DNA of 64,000 nucleotides from an uncultured Alphaproteobacteria bacterium (GTDB lineage Bacteria; Pseudomonadota; Alphaproteobacteria; Rhizobiales; Rhodomicrobiaceae): NCBI GenBank assembly GCA_963817705.1, contig CAWFPF010000007.1, positions 7,275 to 71,274 of the forward strand, read 5' to 3'. Shown piece by piece: positions 58,602 to 64,000 of this stretch (position 1 is its first letter; each line of letters starts with the position of its first letter). The notes under the pieces were generated by a model. It saw only the letters and a program-made list of their open reading frames with translations, ran no database searches and was not told where the DNA came from. The position numbers and the translations under genes were made by a program.

Positions 58602-59909
58602 ATGGCACATATAAAAAAGTTAATAGCCGGTGCATTGACGTGCGCGTTGGGAGCAATACCGGCCGCGGGCGCGGCGGAGCTTATCGTTCCGGCCTTCGAA
58701 TACCGCACCGGCGCCTACGCCCCGAATGGCATACCGTTCTGGAACGGTTTCAACGATTACCTCACGCTCCTGAACGAGCGCGACGGCGGCATCGGCGGGG
58801 TGAAGATCAAGGTGGTGCCCTGCGAGACGAGCTATGACAACAAGCTCGGCGTCGAGTGCTATGAAAAGACGAAGCAAGGCGCGCTTATCGTCAATCCCGT
58901 CTCGACCGGCATCAGCTACGCCCTCATTCCCAAGGCGCCCACCGACAAAATCCCGCTTCTGACCTCATCCTACGGCCGCACCTCGGTCGCAAACGGCCGC
59001 GTGTTTCCCTGGGTGTTCAATTTCCCGGTCAACTATTGGTCCGCGGCTTCCGTCATCGTCAAATATATCGGCGAGAAGGAAGGCAGCATTGATAATCTCA
59101 AGGGCAAGAAGATCGCGCTCGTCTATCTGAACAATGCCTATGGCAAGGAACCGATCCCAACGTTGACCGCGCTCTCCAAAAAGCACGGCTTCGAGTTCTC
59201 GTCGTTCCCAGTTGACGCGCCGGGCAACGAGCAAAAGGCGACCTGGCTTCAGATCCGCCGCGACCGCCCGGACTGGGTGATCCTGTGGGGCTATGGCGTA
59301 ATGAATCAAGTTTCAGTCAAAGAGGCGGCCGGTATCCGGTTTCCGATGGACCATTTCATCGGCAATTGGTGGTCGAGTTCGGAGAACGATGTGAAGCCGG
59401 CCGGCGCGGACGCCAACGGTTATCTCGGCACCGCCTTTCACGCTGCGGGCTCCGGCTTCCAGGTGCATAAGGATGTGCAGAAATACGTCTACGATGCCGG
59501 CAAGGCCGTCGATCCGTCCTTCAAGGACCGCATCGGCGAGGTGCTCTACAATCGCGGCCTCGTGACGGCCATGTACACCGCCGAAGCCATCGCTAAGGCG
59601 CAGGAACTCGCCAAAACGAAAGAGGTCACGGGAGAACAGGTGCGCGACGGCCTGGAGGCGCTCGACATCACGGCGGACCGGCTGAAGGCGCTCGGCTTCG
59701 AGGGCGTCGTCGAACCGGTGAAGGTCACCTGCGCAAACCACGAAGGCCCGGCGCGCGGCGCGATCCAGCAATGGGATGCAGCGGCTGGAAAATGGAAGCT
59801 CGTCACAGGCTATTACGATAGCGACCGCGAAATCATCGATCCACTGATCCAGGCGGACAGCGAGCAATATGCGAAGGAAAACAACATCACGCCGCGCGAT
59901 TGTAAGTAA
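58602..59909 (+). CDS. LIV-type ABC substrate-binding protein
   Basis: Signal peptide; YRTGAYAPNG, CETSYD and PWVFNF motifs; GGAGG RBS. Confidence 0.94.
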   Translation: MAHIKKLIAGALTCALGAIPAAGAAELIVPAFEYRTGAYAPNGIPFWNGFNDYLTLLNERDGGIGGVKIKVVPCETSYDNKLGVECYEKTKQGALIVNPVSTGISYALIPKAPTDKIPLLTSSYGRTSVANGRVFPWVFNFPVNYWSAASVIVKYIGEKEGSIDNLKGKKIALVYLNNAYGKEPIPTLTALSKKHGFEFSSFPVDAPGNEQKATWLQIRRDRPDWVILWGYGVMNQVSVKEAAGIRFPMDHFIGNWWSSSENDVKPAGADANGYLGTAFHAAGSGFQVHKDVQKYVYDAGKAVDPSFKDRIGEVLYNRGLVTAMYTAEAIAKAQELAKTKEVTGEQVRDGLEALDITADRLKALGFEGVVEPVKVTCANHEGPARGAIQQWDAAAGKWKLVTGYYDSDREIIDPLIQADSEQYAKENNITPRDCK

Positions 59910-59935
59910 GCGGGGAGTCAATAAGAAGCGGAAGA

Positions 59936-60028
59936 CCCCCTCACCCCAACCCTCTCCCCAAGGGGAGAGGGAGCAGGCCGTGCCCGGCGTCCCTTCTCCC
60001 CGAGGGGAGAAGGACAGGATGAGGGGGG
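59936..60028. repeat. Palindromic repeat copy E (intergenic)
   Basis: CCCCCTCACCCCAACCCTCTCCCCAAGGGGAGAGGG...CCCTTCTCCCCGAGGGGAGAAGGACAGGATGAGGGGGG. Confidence 0.93.
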
Positions 60029-60052
60029 ACTTCGGACCGGAGCATTGATGTT

Positions 60053-60895
60053 ATGACCGAGCCTGCAAAGACCGTTGAAGCGCCGGAAGCGGCAGCGGCG
60101 ATCCTGTCCGTCAATAACATCGAGGTGATCTACGATCATGTGATCCTCGTGCTGAAGGGCGTTTCGCTCAGCGTTCAGAAGGGCGGCTTCGTCGCGTTGC
60201 TCGGCGCGAACGGGGCCGGCAAGACCACCACGCTGAAGGCGATCTCGAACCTCCTGGGCGCCGAGCGCGGCGACGTGACCAAAGGCTCGATCATGTTCGA
60301 CGGCGCAGCCGTTCACGCCATGACGCCGAACGAACTCGTCCGGCGCGGCTGCATCCAGGTGATGGAAGGCCGCCATTGCTTCGGGCACCTCACCGTCGAG
60401 GAGAATTTGCTGACCGGCGCCTATACGCGGCGCGACGGCGGCCGGGCGGTCTCGCGCGATCTCGATCTCGTCTACACCTATTTCCCGCGTCTCAAGGAGC
60501 GGCGCAAGTCGCAAGCCGGCTACACCTCGGGCGGCGAGCAGCAAATGACGGCGATCGGCCGCGCGCTGATGTCCCGTCCCAAGATGGTGCTGCTTGACGA
60601 GCCGTCGATGGGGCTCGCGCCGCAGCTTGTGGAGGAAATCTTCGAGATCGTCGGGCGGCTAAACACCGAGCAAAGTCTGAGTGTGCTCGTCGCGGAGCAG
60701 AACACCAATATCGCGTTACGCTACGCGCGGTATGGCTACATCCTCGAAAACGGGCGGGTCGTGCTCGATGGCGATGCGGACTCGCTCAAATCGAACGAGG
60801 ACGTGAAGGAGTTCTACCTCGGCGTGGCGGCGGGGGCGCGCAAATCCTTCCGCGAGGTGAAGCACTACCGGCGGCGCAAGCGCTGGCTGGCGTGA
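60053..60895 (+). CDS. LIV-type ABC ATPase (LivF-like)
   Basis: GANGAGKTT, TSGGEQQM and LLDEPSMGLAP motifs. Confidence 0.94.
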   Translation: MTEPAKTVEAPEAAAAILSVNNIEVIYDHVILVLKGVSLSVQKGGFVALLGANGAGKTTTLKAISNLLGAERGDVTKGSIMFDGAAVHAMTPNELVRRGCIQVMEGRHCFGHLTVEENLLTGAYTRRDGGRAVSRDLDLVYTYFPRLKERRKSQAGYTSGGEQQMTAIGRALMSRPKMVLLDEPSMGLAPQLVEEIFEIVGRLNTEQSLSVLVAEQNTNIALRYARYGYILENGRVVLDGDADSLKSNEDVKEFYLGVAAGARKSFREVKHYRRRKRWLA

Positions 60896-61031
60896 GCTGA
60901 GTTCATTTCGTGGCGGCCGCCGCCCCGATATTGTCAGAATGCTGGCACATTCCAGCCGGTGTGCACGATGCTAATGGGAAACTCCTGGCTTGGGACGGCT
61001 GTCCCTGTTGCATTTTGAATTGGCGGGTCAC

Positions 61032-62387
61032 ATGGCGGAACACGCAAAGCCATCGCGGATAGACGTAATTGAGCGCAAGCGCTTGCTCGACGCGTTCTTC
61101 AAGGTCGACGAGGCCACGGTCTCGCACGAGCAATTCGACGGCGAAATGAGCCCGCCAAGGCCGGTTCTGATCTTTGAGCGCGGCGATGCGGTGGCAGCCC
61201 TGCTCTACGATCCGGACCGCCGCAAGGTCATCACCGTCAATCAGTTCCGCTTTCCGGCCTATGGCAAGGACGATGGCGGGGGATGGCTCGTGGAGGCCGT
61301 CGCAGGCATGATCCATGACGGCCAAGACGGCACGCCGGCGGAAACCCCGATGCAATGCCTGATACGCGAGGTGAAGGAGGAGACGGGATACGAAATCGCT
61401 AAGGCAACGCTCGTGTCCAAGTTCTTTTCATCGCCGGGCGGAAGCACGGAGCTGATTCACCTTTATTACGCCGAAGTTCGAAGACCCGACAAGAAGAGCG
61501 AGGGCGGCGGTGTGAGGGCGGAAGGCGAGGATATTGAGGTTGTCGAGTTCGGCATCGAGGATTTCTTCGCGAAGCTCGCCGCTGGAGATTTCAAGGATCC
61601 CAAGCTCATCATCGCGGGCCAGTGGTTGATGGCATCGCGCAGTCTCGACTTCTTCGCCCGTTTGGAAGGTGTTCGCTCCCGGAAGAAAGATGATCGGGCA
61701 GAATTTGATCCAACCGTATCGAGAACGATTGCATACAAAGTTATGAAAGGCGAAGGACGCAACCTCGGCATCAAGACTGGCGATATCAAAGCGGTGCGCG
61801 GTGCCGATGCCTGGGTGAACTCCGAGAATACAGACATGATGATGGACCGCTTTTTCGGGAAGTCCGTTTCGGCCTCCATCCGGTATCTTGGCGCCGAAAA
61901 GGATCAGGACGGCATCGCGATTAAGAAGGACACCATCGGCCGGGCGCTGACTTCCGAGCTTGGGGAGCGCAATTACGTCGAGCCTGGCTATGTTATTGAG
62001 ACAACCTCCGGCGAACTGGCCAAACATCCCTACTACGTCAAGGGCATTTTTCACGTTGCAAGCGTTCGCGGCCAGATTGGAGCGGGGCTAAGAACGTCTC
62101 TGTCGACGGTGCAGGAGGCAATGGACAACATTCTTGCAAAGATCGAAGCGGCGAGACGCTACCGGTCCGTACTCGTGCCTTTGCTGGCAACGGGACAGGG
62201 GGATTCTCCGATGGAGCAGGTCGCACCTATTCTCGTAGACCGTGCGCTCGCCTTCTTCAGCGAGCGCTCCAACACCTACCTCAAAGAAATCTATTTCCTT
62301 GCCTATACAAGCAGCGCTAAAGAGCTGCTGGAGAGCTTGCTGCGGGGTAAGACGGTGGGAGCCGATCCAGCGCTCTCGGTGACATAA
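61032..62387 (+). CDS. NUDIX hydrolase (ADP-ribose pyrophosphatase-like) fused to a Macro domain
   Basis: AVAALLYD...QFRFP...EAVAGM...REVKEETGY...SPGG (NUDIX); GDIKAVRGADAWVNSEN...IFHVAS...VLVPLLATGQG...IYFLAY (Macro fold). Confidence 0.85.
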   Translation: MAEHAKPSRIDVIERKRLLDAFFKVDEATVSHEQFDGEMSPPRPVLIFERGDAVAALLYDPDRRKVITVNQFRFPAYGKDDGGGWLVEAVAGMIHDGQDGTPAETPMQCLIREVKEETGYEIAKATLVSKFFSSPGGSTELIHLYYAEVRRPDKKSEGGGVRAEGEDIEVVEFGIEDFFAKLAAGDFKDPKLIIAGQWLMASRSLDFFARLEGVRSRKKDDRAEFDPTVSRTIAYKVMKGEGRNLGIKTGDIKAVRGADAWVNSENTDMMMDRFFGKSVSASIRYLGAEKDQDGIAIKKDTIGRALTSELGERNYVEPGYVIETTSGELAKHPYYVKGIFHVASVRGQIGAGLRTSLSTVQEAMDNILAKIEAARRYRSVLVPLLATGQGDSPMEQVAPILVDRALAFFSERSNTYLKEIYFLAYTSSAKELLESLLRGKTVGADPALSVT

Positions 62388-62425
62388 GGTTTGCGGATTG
62401 CTGCCGTCGCTGGAGGGGGTGAGAG

Positions 62426-64000
62426 GTGGGGTTCGGCGTTTGGAGTAGGTACGTGGGCCCACAAGGCCCTTTCCGGCTTGTGAATGCGCGATACCTCGGC
62501 ATCGCAAGCCGGGTCTTGGTTGTCAGGCCACTTTTGCTGGCGATCCCCTCCGCGCTGATCCTCGTCCTTCCCCAGATGCAGGAGGTCTTTGCCGGCATAC
62601 TTGAGGCGCGGGACCTATGGCACGGCGCATGCGGGCTCGTGGCGCTCTGCCTCTTGAGCACCTTTCTCTACGGCTGGCAGCATGCCTTGGTGACCCGGCT
62701 GATCGATGGCGTCTATCCCGATCACGCAAATCTCGATTTTGACAAAACGCTGCTCAGTTTCAGGCGGGATCAATGTCTTCTCGTCGCGGGAATTCCGTGG
62801 CTGGGATACTGCACCGGGCTCGCTCTGACCTTCCAGCGCGTCTGGGGCCAGCATCTTCACTATCGAAGCATAACAGACGCGTTTCCTGGTTCGCTGCCCG
62901 CTTCGCAAGCTCTTAAAAGTTCCTTCGACGCTGTCCTGCCGCTTTTCGGCTCGGCCTGGATGTTATCTGCGATAACACTCGGCCTCCTTCTGCTTGTGCT
63001 GATAACCTACAATCCATCCGCAAGATTCCGGAACTATTTCACAGTCGCCTATTTTGTGGGCGGTTCGCTCATCATTGCCAATCCGATCCTTCTTCCCTCG
63101 GTCACTATTCCCCTGGCGCGGGGGCTTGGTCCGTTTGCTTGCGCCATCCTCGTCATGATAGCGGGCCCGGTCGCGCTGCGGATCGGCTATTCCGCCGTGA
63201 GGCTTATTCTGTTGCTCCTCCTATTCGCTAGCAATGTGTTTTTCTCTGTCTTTCTCTTCATGCACTCGGGCTGGAAGACATCGTTTGTGACGAGATTGCC
63301 GGTCTTCGCCGTCGGGATCGGTGTTGTCTATTTGGTCTATTCCAATGTCATCGCCGTACCGCCGGAGGCACGCGAGAGCAGCGATCCCCATTCAAGCTTT
63401 GCACTTTCGACCGGGCAAGCGGCCCATCGCGGCCTCGATCCCATCCTGAAGGATAGCTTCGCGCACTGGCTCAAGGCGCGCCGGAGTGGAAACGCTCCGT
63501 TCCCCGTCTTCATCGTCACGGCTCAGGGCGGCGGAATTTACGCGGCTTCGGCGGCATCGTCTCTTCTGGCAACGCTTCAAGACCGTTGCCCAAGCTTTGC
63601 GCGCCACATTTTCGCGATCAGCGCCGTTTCCGGTGGAAGTGTCGGGGCCAGCGTTTTCAATGCAGCCCTTGCCGAAGAGAACGCCAGTAAAGGGGAAACG
63701 GGCTGTGCACCGAAGCGAGAGGAACTGCTGTCGCCGCGCATGAACCGAATCATGCTCGACGATCACCTTTCGCCCGTCATCGCGTATCTGCTTCCCGATT
63801 TTCTCCACGATCTCGTCGATTTCGTAGAAGTTTATGTCGGAAAGGAGATTCCCGGCGAACGCCTTTGGATCGACAGGGCAAAGGTGCTGGAGAACAGCTT
63901 CGTTCGCAGTTTTGAAGATGCCCATGATGCCGGTGCAAGCAACCGGCGCGCCTCTTCAAGCGAAGGCGGCTTCCTCACCCGAAACATTGGTGCAGCTTGG
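62426..64000 (+). CDS. Multi-TM patatin-like phospholipase, runs off the right edge (not in the ORF track)
   Basis: Open frame from GTG 62426 (GGAGG RBS) to the edge; long hydrophobic N-terminus, then FIVTAQGGGIYAA and FAISAVSGGSVGA. Confidence 0.8.
   Translation, partial: MGFGVWSRYVGPQGPFRLVNARYLGIASRVLVVRPLLLAIPSALILVLPQMQEVFAGILEARDLWHGACGLVALCLLSTFLYGWQHALVTRLIDGVYPDHANLDFDKTLLSFRRDQCLLVAGIPWLGYCTGLALTFQRVWGQHLHYRSITDAFPGSLPASQALKSSFDAVLPLFGSAWMLSAITLGLLLLVLITYNPSARFRNYFTVAYFVGGSLIIANPILLPSVTIPLARGLGPFACAILVMIAGPVALRIGYSAVRLILLLLLFASNVFFSVFLFMHSGWKTSFVTRLPVFAVGIGVVYLVYSNVIAVPPEARESSDPHSSFALSTGQAAHRGLDPILKDSFAHWLKARRSGNAPFPVFIVTAQGGGIYAASAASSLLATLQDRCPSFARHIFAISAVSGGSVGASVFNAALAEENASKGETGCAPKREELLSPRMNRIMLDDHLSPVIAYLLPDFLHDLVDFVEVYVGKEIPGERLWIDRAKVLENSFVRSFEDAHDAGASNRRASSSEGGFLTRNIGAAW

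Noticed and set aside
55822-60028. Recurrent repeats as a CRISPR array
   Set aside because: Copies are dispersed, about 90-150 bp and palindromic, with no regular repeat-spacer periodicity and no cas genes.

Overview
High-GC alphaproteobacterial (Hyphomicrobiales) chromosome segment from an anoxygenic phototroph, probably Rhodomicrobium or a relative (inferred from lhaA/pucC with tandem PpsR boxes and gene content). Housekeeping genes (sdhB, aspartate aminotransferase, cobT-cobS-cobC, class I lysS, pyrD, amn, gshA, rsmE, ubiA, waaA, lpxK) are interleaved with a general-stress-response block (three HWE histidine kinases, two receivers, two csbD, EcfG-type promoters, GH15, GT4), a CHASE2 cyclase/FecR pair and an acyl-CoA ligase/LIV-type ABC operon. 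No rRNA, tRNA, CRISPR array or classical IS was found. Highlights: (1) a secreted, circularly permuted (p10-before-p20, reverse) caspase-like protease at 31540-32288; (2) a DUF559 nuclease flanked by two copies of a palindromic repeat, with further copies inserted in-frame in lpxK and a DUF952 gene, and mini-ORFs that bridge repeats inside an operon; (3) a NUDIX-Macro fusion followed by a membrane patatin-like phospholipase, a candidate ADP-ribose-linked conflict module; (4) a stand-alone RNA polymerase alpha-CTD mini-protein; (5) five frameshifts all repaired by removing one duplicated A in a GANTC site, most likely a methylation-linked sequencing artefact rather than real pseudogenes.
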